Below, piece after piece: positions 9,039 through 18,467 of a stretch of DNA of 20,000 nucleotides. Both the position numbers and the translations under genes were made by a program. The first letter of the stretch is position 1. Every line of letters begins with the position of its first letter. A model generated the notes under the pieces. That model searched no databases. It was not told where the DNA came from and worked only from the letters and a program-made list of their open reading frames with translations. Source of the stretch: an uncultured virus (IMG/VR IMGVR_UViG_3300021425_000024) (lineage: Duplodnaviria > Heunggongvirae > Uroviricota > Caudoviricetes); IMG/VR virus record IMGVR_UViG_3300021425_000024; one strand, 5' to 3'.

Positions 9039-9386
9039 ATGGACAAAAAACTAGCAAAAGCACTTGAAGCAAGCAATCTGCTTGACACAATAAACCAACA
9101 AAAAAAGATACTACAACAGCAATATGATGCTGATCTAATTCATTATGAAAATGGATGTCAATTTACATCTAGCAAAGAACTAATTAGTTTTTGTCAAAGT
9201 TTAACATATCTCGAACAAGATCAAATTGTCCTTATAGATGATAACGGACTTCCGTCTTTAATAGAAGACTTACCGGTGTTTACAAAAAATCTAGTAAACA
9301 CATATGCAACAGCATCTAACAAATACTTTAATGAATACAATAAATTAAAAAAACAACGTTCTGTTGAAGGTATTTTTAATGACTAA
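9039..9386 (+). CDS. Hypothetical phage protein (115 aa), possibly DUF4376-like
   Basis: Good SD. Helix, Y.NG.QF, helix, LIDDNG.P..I, long helix pattern recalls DUF4376 tail-associated proteins (weak, by eye). Confidence 0.6.
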   Translation: MDKKLAKALEASNLLDTINQQKKILQQQYDADLIHYENGCQFTSSKELISFCQSLTYLEQDQIVLIDDNGLPSLIEDLPVFTKNLVNTYATASNKYFNEYNKLKKQRSVEGIFND

Positions 9387-10209
9387 AGGTATTCTTGTTT
9401 TTGCACACAATAATGCTGAAATTGATTATGTAAAACAAGCGGCATTTCTTGCCGGCAGAGCAAAAGAATATCTTAACTTACCAGTTAGTATTATAACTGA
9501 TGAACAAAGCATAGGTGACAGATATAAAGATTGGTTTGATAAAATCATTATCAATAATATATCTCAGTCATCAACAAAAAAACAATACTATAATGGTGCA
9601 AAAAATCACAGTGTTTTAGAATTTAAAAATGACAATCGTTGCCTAGCATATGATCTTAGCCCATATGACGAAACACTCATGTTAGATAGTGATTATGTTA
9701 TAGCAGATGATGTATTTAAAAACTGTTTTGATAGTAAATATGATTTTTTACTTTACAAAGATGCTATAGATATTTGTAGTCACAGAGAAACAAAAGAGTT
9801 TAAACATATTAGCGAAACAAGTGTAGACTTTTATTGGGCAACGTGTGTATTTTTTAGAAAAACAAAATTAAACAAATGTTTCTTTGAACTAATACAGCAT
9901 ATACAAGAATACTATCAACATTATAGAAGTGTTTACAATATACAGTCAACAACATATCGTAACGATTTTGCATTCAGTATTGCAATTCATATAATGAATG
10001 GATTTAAAAAAGGAGACTTTGCAAAAAGAATGCCCGGCAAGTTATTTTATACTGCAGACAGAGATATATTACATTCCATAGACGGAGATAAGTTTATCTT
10101 TCTCTTACAATGTACAGGCTTACTAGACAATTTAAGCCCTTGTAAGTTTCAAGGCAACAGTGTACATGTAATGAACAAGTATACATTGGAGGATAATCTA
10201 AGTGCCTAA
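9379..10209 (+). CDS. GT-A fold glycosyltransferase, GT8-like
   Basis: ATG 9379 overlaps the previous stop (ATGACTAA) and is preferred to TTG 9364. Motifs SPYDETLMLDSDY (DxD), RND.AFSIA and C-terminal H (VHVMNK). Confidence 0.75.
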   Translation: MTKGILVFAHNNAEIDYVKQAAFLAGRAKEYLNLPVSIITDEQSIGDRYKDWFDKIIINNISQSSTKKQYYNGAKNHSVLEFKNDNRCLAYDLSPYDETLMLDSDYVIADDVFKNCFDSKYDFLLYKDAIDICSHRETKEFKHISETSVDFYWATCVFFRKTKLNKCFFELIQHIQEYYQHYRSVYNIQSTTYRNDFAFSIAIHIMNGFKKGDFAKRMPGKLFYTADRDILHSIDGDKFIFLLQCTGLLDNLSPCKFQGNSVHVMNKYTLEDNLSA

Positions 10210-11038
10210 TTTTATTCTTGTTGCTCAAAACACTTTAGAAGTAGATTATGTAAAACAAGCGTGTGCTCTTGCTATGAGCATACATGCAACTACACCACAC
10301 AGCAAAATTAGTATCCTTACTGATGACGAAGTGCCTGTAAAGTATAAAAATTTGTTTGATAACATTATTGAAATACCGTGGGGCGATCTAGCAAACAAAT
10401 ATGATTGGAAAATACACAATAGATGGAAGACATATTTTGTTTCACCATACGAAGACGCAATAGTGTTAGACACAGATATGCTTGTACTTGAAGATATTAC
10501 ATCTTGGTATGAATATCTACAACAGCATGATGTGTTTTTAACGTCTACTGTTTATGATTACAGAGGCGACAAAATTACAGATACCTTCTATAGGAAAAAT
10601 TTTGTAAAGCATAATTTGCCTAACACATATATGGGACTACATTACTTTAAGAAAAGTGATTTTGCACTAAAATTTTATACATGGTTAGATGTTATTACAA
10701 ACAATTGGAAAGAATTTTATAAACTAGGTGGCGAAAAACCAATACAAAACTTTGCAAGCATGGATCTTACAGCGGCAATGACTGTAGATATACTTGAATG
10801 CAAATCAAAAGTCACTAACGAAAAGGTAACTGTGCCTAGTTTTACTCATATGAAAGCCAACATACAGGGTTGGGAAGAGCTTAGAGAGAGTTGGCAGACT
10901 AAAGTTGGTACTTATTTTACTGACGAGGGTGAGTTGTATATTGGACAATATAAACAAAGCGGGATATTTCATTACACAGAAGATGATTTTTTAACTAATG
11001 ATATCATTCAAGTGTTAGAAAAAAGGATAGACTTATGA
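10202..11038 (+). CDS. GT-A fold glycosyltransferase, GT8-like (paralogue of 9379-10209)
   Basis: GTG start with SD GGAGG. Motifs DYVKQA..LA, SPYEDAIVLDTDML (DxD), YFKKS, FTHMK and FHY. Confidence 0.78.
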   Translation: MPNFILVAQNTLEVDYVKQACALAMSIHATTPHSKISILTDDEVPVKYKNLFDNIIEIPWGDLANKYDWKIHNRWKTYFVSPYEDAIVLDTDMLVLEDITSWYEYLQQHDVFLTSTVYDYRGDKITDTFYRKNFVKHNLPNTYMGLHYFKKSDFALKFYTWLDVITNNWKEFYKLGGEKPIQNFASMDLTAAMTVDILECKSKVTNEKVTVPSFTHMKANIQGWEELRESWQTKVGTYFTDEGELYIGQYKQSGIFHYTEDDFLTNDIIQVLEKRIDL

Positions 11039-11610
11039 TTGTTTTAGAAACACCTACATTTGAGATAATATACAAAGTATATTTTGATAAACAAACAGGT
11101 AATATTAAGTCTATTTCAAATGTAGAACAAGATATAGAAAACTTTTTTGTAGTAGATATTGAAGATGTTCGTCCTTTTTTAAAGGGAACTAAAGATATTA
11201 CAAAACATAAAGTTATATATGATGTAAAAACATCAGCATATGTAATAGTTGATAAGTTTAAAAAGATAGAGTCGGATGTAAACGACAACGTATATAAAAT
11301 CTCACCTCAAGATAATGCACAGGTAATTGTGTCTTACAACAAATCTAAAAATGTTTGGAATGTGTCTTTATCAGACAAAGCAATTAACGAATTATCCTCT
11401 AAAAAAGAGCGTATCGATCAACTGTTAAAGTTTAGCATTACCCAAAAGAATAACCCCAATATTTTGCATGAGTATTTTACCACAACTGTAGAAAAGTTGT
11501 TGGATAATCCCCAGTCATTTGACAGCCAGAGTCAGTATGATTTTGACAAATTTAGTGTATATACTAATAGGAAGTTCCAAAAGTATTCGTGCGAGGTAGT
11601 TAATGAATAA
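11035..11610 (+). CDS. Hypothetical protein (191 aa)
   Basis: ATGA overlap with the upstream stop, SD AAGGA, coupled to the next gene; no catalytic motif recognised. Confidence 0.65.
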   Translation: MIVLETPTFEIIYKVYFDKQTGNIKSISNVEQDIENFFVVDIEDVRPFLKGTKDITKHKVIYDVKTSAYVIVDKFKKIESDVNDNVYKISPQDNAQVIVSYNKSKNVWNVSLSDKAINELSSKKERIDQLLKFSITQKNNPNILHEYFTTTVEKLLDNPQSFDSQSQYDFDKFSVYTNRKFQKYSCEVVNE

Positions 11611-12493
11611 AATTAAAATCATTGATCAGGACATTATCTTTTTATCCTACGATGAACCCAATGCTGAAAAAAACTATGCCGATTTATGTAACAAGTTGCC
11701 TTGGGCAAAGCGTGTACACGGTGTAGATGGGTCAGATGCTGCACATAAGGCATGTGCAGACCTAAGTGAAACAGAATATTTTGTTACTGTTGACGGCGAT
11801 AACATAATTGACACTGAATTTCTGCAACAAGAAATTGATATTGAAAAATTAGGAGTCACTGCCGACCATGTTTTTAGTTGGTGCGGCAATGTTTATGTAA
11901 ATGGACTAATGTATGGTAATGGTGGACTAAAGTTATGGACACGTAAGTTTGTTCATAACATGAAAACACATGAAAACAGTGATGCTGATGATACAGCAGG
12001 CCTAGTAGAATTCTGTTTTGATGAAAAATATTACCAATTTAATGACAACTACAGTACAAGTTACACAAACGCTACTCCGTTTCAAGCATGGAGAGCAGGT
12101 TTTCGTGAAGGTGTTAAAATGAGCCTAAATGAAGGTGCAAAACATGTTGATGTAAAAAACATTTGGTGGCAAAATTTAGACAGATTGCGTATTTGGTGTA
12201 GTATTGGTGCTGATGTAGAAAATGGTAACTGGAGTATGCTTGGTGCAAGGATGGGTTGCTATATGACTATGTGTACAGATTGGGATTATACAAATGTACG
12301 TGATTTTAAATATCTAACTAATTACTGGAAAGAAGAAAAAGTTGCAAATTTAGATGTTAGCTCTGAGTTATTTAGATACGGTAACCTTATACGATCGGAA
12401 CTAAAGTTAGAAATTGCTGACATAGACGCACTAGGAAGTAGATTTTTCAAAAGTGTGTATCATAACACACCAAGAATAATTAAGAAAAGATGA
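11603..12493 (+). CDS. GT-A fold glycosyltransferase, GT2-like
   Basis: DIIFLSYDE first strand, HGVDG...AHKACA, YFVTVDGDN (DxD), YGNGGLKLW and FQAWRAGFRE. SD GAGG. Confidence 0.75.
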   Translation: MNKIKIIDQDIIFLSYDEPNAEKNYADLCNKLPWAKRVHGVDGSDAAHKACADLSETEYFVTVDGDNIIDTEFLQQEIDIEKLGVTADHVFSWCGNVYVNGLMYGNGGLKLWTRKFVHNMKTHENSDADDTAGLVEFCFDEKYYQFNDNYSTSYTNATPFQAWRAGFREGVKMSLNEGAKHVDVKNIWWQNLDRLRIWCSIGADVENGNWSMLGARMGCYMTMCTDWDYTNVRDFKYLTNYWKEEKVANLDVSSELFRYGNLIRSELKLEIADIDALGSRFFKSVYHNTPRIIKKR

Positions 12494-13866
12494 ATACTGA
12501 GCTAATTAGAATCAAAGAAGTCATGCCAAAAGTAGAGCGAGACATATCGCCTACTTTTTGTTTGGCTAAATGGCACCATGTAACAATATATTTGCAAACT
12601 GGTGAAACACATAGTTGCTATCATCCTGCTCCCCATAAGATTCCATTAGAAGGACTAGAAGAAAATCCTAGTCAACTACATAACACTCCACAAAAAAAGC
12701 AAGAAAGACTTGCTATGCTTAACGGACAGAAACCGAGTGGATGTCAATATTGCTGGAACATAGAATGTATGGGCAAAGACTATGTAAGTGATAGGCACAT
12801 AAAAACATCAAGTATATATACACCACAAAGAATAGAAGAAATTACAAGCAATCCTTGGGATTACAATATTAACCCTGAATATATTGAAGTTAACTTTAGT
12901 AATGAATGTAACTTTAAATGCGGCTATTGTCATCCTAAATTTAGTAGTAGATACTACAACGAAATAAAACAAAACGGTCCATATAGTAACAGTACAGAAC
13001 ATCGTAATGACATTGATTGGTTTGAATTATATGAAGAAGATACTAACCCTTATGTAGACGCATGGTGGAAATGGTGGCCTGAAGTAAGCAAGACACTAAA
13101 CATTTTGCGTGTAACAGGTGGCGAACCGTTGATGCATAAAAGCACATGGCGCCTGTTTGACGAATTAGAACAGAATCCTAAGCCACATCTTAATATTGAA
13201 CTTAACAGTAACATGGGTGTTAAACCTGCAATGGTATATAGGTTAGTAGAACGTGTAAAAGATTTAAAAGAAAAAGGTTGCATCAACAGTTTTAAATTAT
13301 ACACAAGTATCGACACTTGGGGTAAACGTGCAGAATATACACGTACAGGACTAGACATTAAACTATGGGAACGTAACTTAGATTACTATCTTACAGCAAC
13401 GGGTTGGCCTGTAACATTTATGGTTACATTTAACTTATTTGTAGTTACAAGTTTTGATAGTTTGTTAGAAAAAATATTAGAATGGCGTAAAAAATATAAT
13501 ACAGATGACAATGAAACTCAGTGGCAACGTGTAAGATTTGATACACCGTATTTAAAAGAGCCACTACAATTTGATATGAATATTTTACCCAAAGACGAGT
13601 TTTTACCTTACATGGAAAAACATCTAAAATTTATACAAGATAATACTGATGACAAAGACCGAACAAAATTTAGTTCTTTAGAGTACGAAAGATTTAGGCG
13701 TGTAATAGACTACATGAAAAATACAGAATATGACCAAGATAAAATTATAAACGGTATGCGTAACTTCTATTCGTGGTTTTCAGAATATGACCGAAGAAGA
13801 AAAACTAATTTAGTAGAAACATTTCCTGAGTTAGAAAAATTTTATAAGGATTGCGGTAATGTCTAA
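12490..13866 (+). CDS. Radical SAM protein with N-terminal Twitch/SPASM-like Cys cluster
   Basis: CNFKCGYC (CxxxCxxC, 12907-12930), TGGEP, NSN and SID. Additional N-terminal cysteines in FCLAKW, SCYHP and CQYCW. Confidence 0.9.
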   Translation: MNTELIRIKEVMPKVERDISPTFCLAKWHHVTIYLQTGETHSCYHPAPHKIPLEGLEENPSQLHNTPQKKQERLAMLNGQKPSGCQYCWNIECMGKDYVSDRHIKTSSIYTPQRIEEITSNPWDYNINPEYIEVNFSNECNFKCGYCHPKFSSRYYNEIKQNGPYSNSTEHRNDIDWFELYEEDTNPYVDAWWKWWPEVSKTLNILRVTGGEPLMHKSTWRLFDELEQNPKPHLNIELNSNMGVKPAMVYRLVERVKDLKEKGCINSFKLYTSIDTWGKRAEYTRTGLDIKLWERNLDYYLTATGWPVTFMVTFNLFVVTSFDSLLEKILEWRKKYNTDDNETQWQRVRFDTPYLKEPLQFDMNILPKDEFLPYMEKHLKFIQDNTDDKDRTKFSSLEYERFRRVIDYMKNTEYDQDKIINGMRNFYSWFSEYDRRRKTNLVETFPELEKFYKDCGNV

Positions 13867-15133
13867 AACTTTAAGTTTTGCATACAAATGGTGTGGACCT
13901 AAATGGCCAATAACTAACAATAGAGTGCCTACTATAGAAGATATAAATCATGCTATGAATGAAGGACACATAGATGATAATGTACAAGCACCAGTAGTGT
14001 TTCAGTCATTTAAAAACAAAGAAATTATTTCTGCATTTGAGATTCCGCAAGATAAAAAGTATTTTTACGAATTAAATTTTACATCGTATTATTATAGAGA
14101 TTGGACAAAACTTTTTAGTATTACTGATGGACCATTTGTTAATAATCCTCCTACTTCTACAGTTAGGGACCAAATACAACATGGTAATGGATATGTACTT
14201 GTTACTATTCCTTTTGAAGGATGGGCAACTCCCAAACATTGGGAAGTAATGACACGATTTTTTAATCATTATGAAATACCTTTAGACAAAGTTGTTTACT
14301 TTACTAATTGTGCTAATGGACAAGATTTGTATAACAAATGGTCAGATGGTACAATAGGCCCTAAAATAAATGTAGAGTATTTTCCTACATTTAAAGTACA
14401 TAGAACAAACGTAGAACAAACACTTCTCAAAGAAGAACCTTATAAAGTGGGACCAAGAGAAAAAGACTTCTTGTGTTTTCAACGTAGATACAGCGATCAT
14501 AGACTTTCTTTTTTTATTAAAATGTTTAAAAGAAACTTACTTGATAAATTTTATATGAGTATGGATAGTAAACAACCAGAGTCGGGCAGGTCATTTGAAA
14601 GTAATGTTGATTACCTTATAAAACGTTATCCTAATTTAGGTATAGCCCAAGAAGATATTGCAACTAGTAAAAACAAACTACCTTTAGTACTAGATAATCC
14701 AAACTTTAACAGTTATCCTATGGAGTCAACTGAAGAGTCAATAGAGCATTATTTTAAAAACAGCCTAATAAATATTATCAGTGAAACTTTTTTCTTTACT
14801 GACGAAATACACATTACAGAAAAAACTTATAAGCCTATTGCATATAAACAGCCATTTATAATGATGGGTGCAAAAGGAAGTTTACAACACATAAAAGACA
14901 TGGGATTCAAAACATTTGACCAATGGTGGTCAGAAGATTATGATAATATTGCTGATCCTGTAGAACGTATAAACAGGATTTGTGATGTAGTACATGTAAT
15001 ATCAGGTTGGTCTGATCTAGTAAAATTAAACTTTACAAAAGAAGTAGCAGAGATAGTTGAATACAACTTTAATCTTTTAAAAACAATACCTGATACTGAA
15101 TTAGATATAATAACAGAAAAATATGGAAACTAA
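13859..15133 (+). CDS. Putative GT-B glycosyltransferase, GT10/fucosyltransferase-like 'ITEKT' family, copy 1
   Basis: FLCFQRRYSDHR and NIISET...ITEKTYKPIAYKQPFIMMG..G.L..IK.MGFKTF...EDYD; resembles the GT10 motif F.L.FEN....Y.TEK.....G.VP...G. Confidence 0.55.
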   Translation: MSKTLSFAYKWCGPKWPITNNRVPTIEDINHAMNEGHIDDNVQAPVVFQSFKNKEIISAFEIPQDKKYFYELNFTSYYYRDWTKLFSITDGPFVNNPPTSTVRDQIQHGNGYVLVTIPFEGWATPKHWEVMTRFFNHYEIPLDKVVYFTNCANGQDLYNKWSDGTIGPKINVEYFPTFKVHRTNVEQTLLKEEPYKVGPREKDFLCFQRRYSDHRLSFFIKMFKRNLLDKFYMSMDSKQPESGRSFESNVDYLIKRYPNLGIAQEDIATSKNKLPLVLDNPNFNSYPMESTEESIEHYFKNSLINIISETFFFTDEIHITEKTYKPIAYKQPFIMMGAKGSLQHIKDMGFKTFDQWWSEDYDNIADPVERINRICDVVHVISGWSDLVKLNFTKEVAEIVEYNFNLLKTIPDTELDIITEKYGN

Positions 15134-15134
15134 A

Positions 15135-16103
15135 ATGAAAAAGAAAATACTAGTATGTGGAGCAGGCGGCTTCATAGGACATCATCTAGTTAACAAACTA
15201 GTTGAACAAGGACATTATGTAATAGGTGCAGATATAAAACAACCTGCTTTTGAACCTACAAAGGCACAAGAATTTTTTCAAGTAGATTTACGTAATCCAG
15301 ACTTTGTTGCTGGCTGTATAAACAAAGAGTTAGATGAAATATACCAACTTGCAGCAGACATGGGCGGCACAGGTTATATCGGCATTGGTGATCATGACAG
15401 TGATATAATGCATAACAGTGCATTAATAAATTTAAATGTACTACATGAAGCAACTAAAAAAGGTATTAAAAAAATACTTTACACAAGTAGTGCATGTGTA
15501 TATCCTGAACGTAATCAGTTAGATCCTAACAATCCTCTTTGCGAAGAAAGTAGTGCATATCCTGCAGAACCAGATACAGAATATGGTTGGGAAAAATTGT
15601 TCAGTGAACGATTATATCTTACACATAGAAAAAATTATGATATAGATGCAAAAGTTGTAAGACTACACAACGTATTTGGTCCACTTGGTAGTTGGTGTGA
15701 TGGCAAGGAAAAAGCACCCGCGGCACTATGTAGGAAAGTAGCACTTTGCCAAAACGTTGTAGAAATATGGGGTCCTGGAACACAAACAAGAAGTTTTTTA
15801 TATATTGAAGAATGTATAAAAGGCCTACTTAAAATAATGGAAAGCAATATTGACCAACCTGTAAACTTAGGTAGCGAAAGAATGATTGCTATTAATGACC
15901 TTGCTCAACTTATAGGACAAATTGCAGGTAAAAATCAATTAGAAATTATAAACGTTGACGGTCCAGTTGGTGTAATGGGCAGAACAAGTCACAATGATCT
16001 TATTGAAGAACTACTTGGATGGAGACCGGACGAAGATTTAGAATATGGTTTGAAACATACCTATGCATGGATAAAGGAACAATGCGATGAGCGTATACAG
16101 TAA
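15135..16103 (+). CDS. NAD-dependent epimerase, GDP-mannose 3,5-epimerase-like (extended SDR)
   Basis: GAGGFIG, LAADMGG.G.I, SSACVYPE, AYPAEP..EYGWEKL (YxxxK), HNVFGP.G.W..GKEKAPAALCRK and WG.G.QTRSF, all hallmarks of the GME subfamily. Start 15135 preferred; 15123 is an alternative. Confidence 0.88.
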   Translation: MKKKILVCGAGGFIGHHLVNKLVEQGHYVIGADIKQPAFEPTKAQEFFQVDLRNPDFVAGCINKELDEIYQLAADMGGTGYIGIGDHDSDIMHNSALINLNVLHEATKKGIKKILYTSSACVYPERNQLDPNNPLCEESSAYPAEPDTEYGWEKLFSERLYLTHRKNYDIDAKVVRLHNVFGPLGSWCDGKEKAPAALCRKVALCQNVVEIWGPGTQTRSFLYIEECIKGLLKIMESNIDQPVNLGSERMIAINDLAQLIGQIAGKNQLEIINVDGPVGVMGRTSHNDLIEELLGWRPDEDLEYGLKHTYAWIKEQCDERIQ

Positions 16104-17202
16104 AACAGGCAAAAAATGGTCACATGATTTAGAATTTAGTGTTGTACAAGATTTAACTAATGTAGACTTAGATAGCAATGAAGTAGTCTACTATCATCAT
16201 CCATATGATTCACTTATGGAAAATATACCTTTGTTAAATGCACTAAATGAACCAAATTGGAATCATATCAAACGTTTTAAAGATGTACATTTAGTACATG
16301 AAAACGATAGCGAAACATTTAGCATTGACTTTGCAGAAGACCTTAAGAACACACTAATAAAATACAGTTTAGGATTTGACGATATTAAAGTTATTGTTAT
16401 GGATGAAAACCATAAACAATTTTTATTATCGTACCTTGCAAAGCATGGTAGAGATTGTAATATTGTAGTTGATAACTATTTGCTCAAAGAAGTAACTATA
16501 CCAGAATCACACGATGCAGATATTACACACAAGTTTAGCAGTCTTAGCCGTAACTACAGAGACTGGCGAGCAATGCTATATGTAAAACTAATTGACAGTG
16601 GTGTGCTACAAGAACATTTCAAATACAGTTTTTTTAATATATGGCCATACCAAAATCCTCCAAAAGTTTTTAAAGCAAAACAAATAGTTGAAGATTTAGA
16701 AAAAAGATCTGTACCAACAAGCAAAATAGCATATCGTTGGCTTAAAGAATGTCCACATGAATTAGATACAAATACCAGTGTATTAAACAAATGGTCAAAT
16801 GTAACATATGATGCAATATTATCAGCAGACTTTCATATTGCTATTGAAACACATTTTGATCAAACCTATTATACAAACAAAAGTGAGTACGATAGATCAT
16901 TTGCACCTACAAGTATCACAGAGAAAACATACAAGGCTGTAGCATGTAAGAAACCATTTATTGCGTTTAGCACACCTCGCATGCTTGTGGACTTTAGAGC
17001 ATTAGGTTTTAAAACATTTAATCCGTATATAGACGAATCTTATGATGTAGAAACAGACAACAAAAAACGGATAAATATGATTGTAGACGAAATTACTCGC
17101 ATTTGCAATCTTCCTCCACAAGAGTATGCAGATGTACTAGAAGGTATAAAAGAAATTACCGAGTACAATTTTCGTAAACTTGTAGAGAAACAAAATGCAT
17201 AA
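16087..17202 (+). CDS. Putative GT10-like 'ITEKT' family glycosyltransferase, copy 2
   Basis: FSSLSRNYRDWR and HIAIETHF...ITEKTYKAVACKKPF....LGFKTF...IDESYD. Confidence 0.55.
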   Translation: MSVYSKTGKKWSHDLEFSVVQDLTNVDLDSNEVVYYHHPYDSLMENIPLLNALNEPNWNHIKRFKDVHLVHENDSETFSIDFAEDLKNTLIKYSLGFDDIKVIVMDENHKQFLLSYLAKHGRDCNIVVDNYLLKEVTIPESHDADITHKFSSLSRNYRDWRAMLYVKLIDSGVLQEHFKYSFFNIWPYQNPPKVFKAKQIVEDLEKRSVPTSKIAYRWLKECPHELDTNTSVLNKWSNVTYDAILSADFHIAIETHFDQTYYTNKSEYDRSFAPTSITEKTYKAVACKKPFIAFSTPRMLVDFRALGFKTFNPYIDESYDVETDNKKRINMIVDEITRICNLPPQEYADVLEGIKEITEYNFRKLVEKQNA

Positions 17203-17875
17203 TGAAATTTATCAACACTTTAACAGTTTAGATATTACACCAAAAAAAGTTAGCAGCGATCCTACAGATATTTGGATTGTTGATAATTTTTTGCCTCAGA
17301 ACATATACGAAGCAGTAGTTAAACAGATTACTGATATTCCTGATGCACAGTGGAGTACATTTGCAAATGATTCTAGTAGTAGATCAGAATGCAGAAACCC
17401 TGTAAACGCACCACTAATAGAAACATTACAAAACACTTTTAATTCAAGTAAAACTATAAACTGGTTACAAGAACAAATTGGTATTACTGGACTTGTAGCA
17501 GATCCACATTTACGTGGTGGAGGGTTATGTAAGGTACACAACGGTTACAAATTAGATCTACATACAGATTTTAATTGGAACGATCAAATTAAACTTAACA
17601 GAAAAGTTAATTTAATACTTTACTTAAATAAATGCTGGGACGAGTCTTGGGGCGGAGATTTAGAATTCTGGGATAACAAAAAAACAAAATGTATGCATAG
17701 GTTAACACCTAAGCCTAATCGACTTGCATTTTGGATATACGATACAGATCTTGTACATGGATTTCCTAACCAATTACAAACGCCTGATGATACGTCAAGA
17801 GATAATTTAATATTATTTTATTACACTAGCAATGGCACATGGGAAAAGGAACCAAGAAGATCTCAATTTATGTAG
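17195..17875 (+). CDS. 2OG-Fe(II) oxygenase (prolyl-hydroxylase-like)
   Basis: IVDNFLP, DPHLRGGGL, HTD (17561-17569), NLILYLN..W...WGGDLE, P.PNRL, distal His (17756) and 2OG-binding Arg (SRDNL). Confidence 0.88.
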   Translation: MHNEIYQHFNSLDITPKKVSSDPTDIWIVDNFLPQNIYEAVVKQITDIPDAQWSTFANDSSSRSECRNPVNAPLIETLQNTFNSSKTINWLQEQIGITGLVADPHLRGGGLCKVHNGYKLDLHTDFNWNDQIKLNRKVNLILYLNKCWDESWGGDLEFWDNKKTKCMHRLTPKPNRLAFWIYDTDLVHGFPNQLQTPDDTSRDNLILFYYTSNGTWEKEPRRSQFM

Positions 17876-17882
17876 AGGATCT

Positions 17883-18467
17883 ATGGCTAACTTTCATCTT
17901 TATGCAGAACCATTTATAAAACAATTACCTGACAACCGTTCTATTGTATTAGAGATTGGTAGCGAACGTGGTGAAGGTAGTACAGCATGGTTTGACAGCA
18001 TTTCAAAAAAACTAAACAAAGATTTTTATACTGTTGATGTAACAGATTATGCATCTAAATCTCTTAAACACCTTAAAAATACAAAGTTTATTGTAGCGGA
18101 AGCAGGCTCTAGTTGGGCAAAAACTTATCTTGATAAATCTATTAGTGTGTTGTATCTAGATAATTATGACTGGATAAGCACTATGAATCATATACGTCCT
18201 GTAGAAAAAGAACTTATAAGCGAATATAATACTAGAGGCGTTAAAATGACAAACTTTGATTGTCAGCGTGAACATTTAGAACAAATGGTATGTTGCATGC
18301 CTTACATGGACAAGGAAAGTATCATAATATGCGATGACACACCATTTGACAAAAGCTCAGGAGTATACTTTGGTAAAAATGGACCTGTAATACCTTATGC
18401 GGTAATACATGGTTATAAAATAGCATACAGCGACAACAATGGTGTAATACTTACAAGAGGTATATAA
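17883..18467 (+). CDS. Class I SAM-dependent methyltransferase
   Basis: ATG 17883 with SD GAGGA (preferred to 17832). Motif I VLEIGSERGEGST, FYTVD, VLYLD and IIICDD. Confidence 0.72.
   Translation: MANFHLYAEPFIKQLPDNRSIVLEIGSERGEGSTAWFDSISKKLNKDFYTVDVTDYASKSLKHLKNTKFIVAEAGSSWAKTYLDKSISVLYLDNYDWISTMNHIRPVEKELISEYNTRGVKMTNFDCQREHLEQMVCCMPYMDKESIIICDDTPFDKSSGVYFGKNGPVIPYAVIHGYKIAYSDNNGVILTRGI

Noticed and set aside
14767..17077. Intragenic late-promoter-like AATAAATA (14767) and GATAAATA (17070)
   Set aside because: Imperfect, inside coding sequence, and expected by chance in AT-rich DNA.
17195..17875. TET/JBP-type DNA hypermodification system
   Set aside because: Oxygenase motifs fit the prolyl-hydroxylase-like family, and no nucleotide kinase, thymidylate synthase homologue or replication gene is in the window. 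Not strictly excluded.
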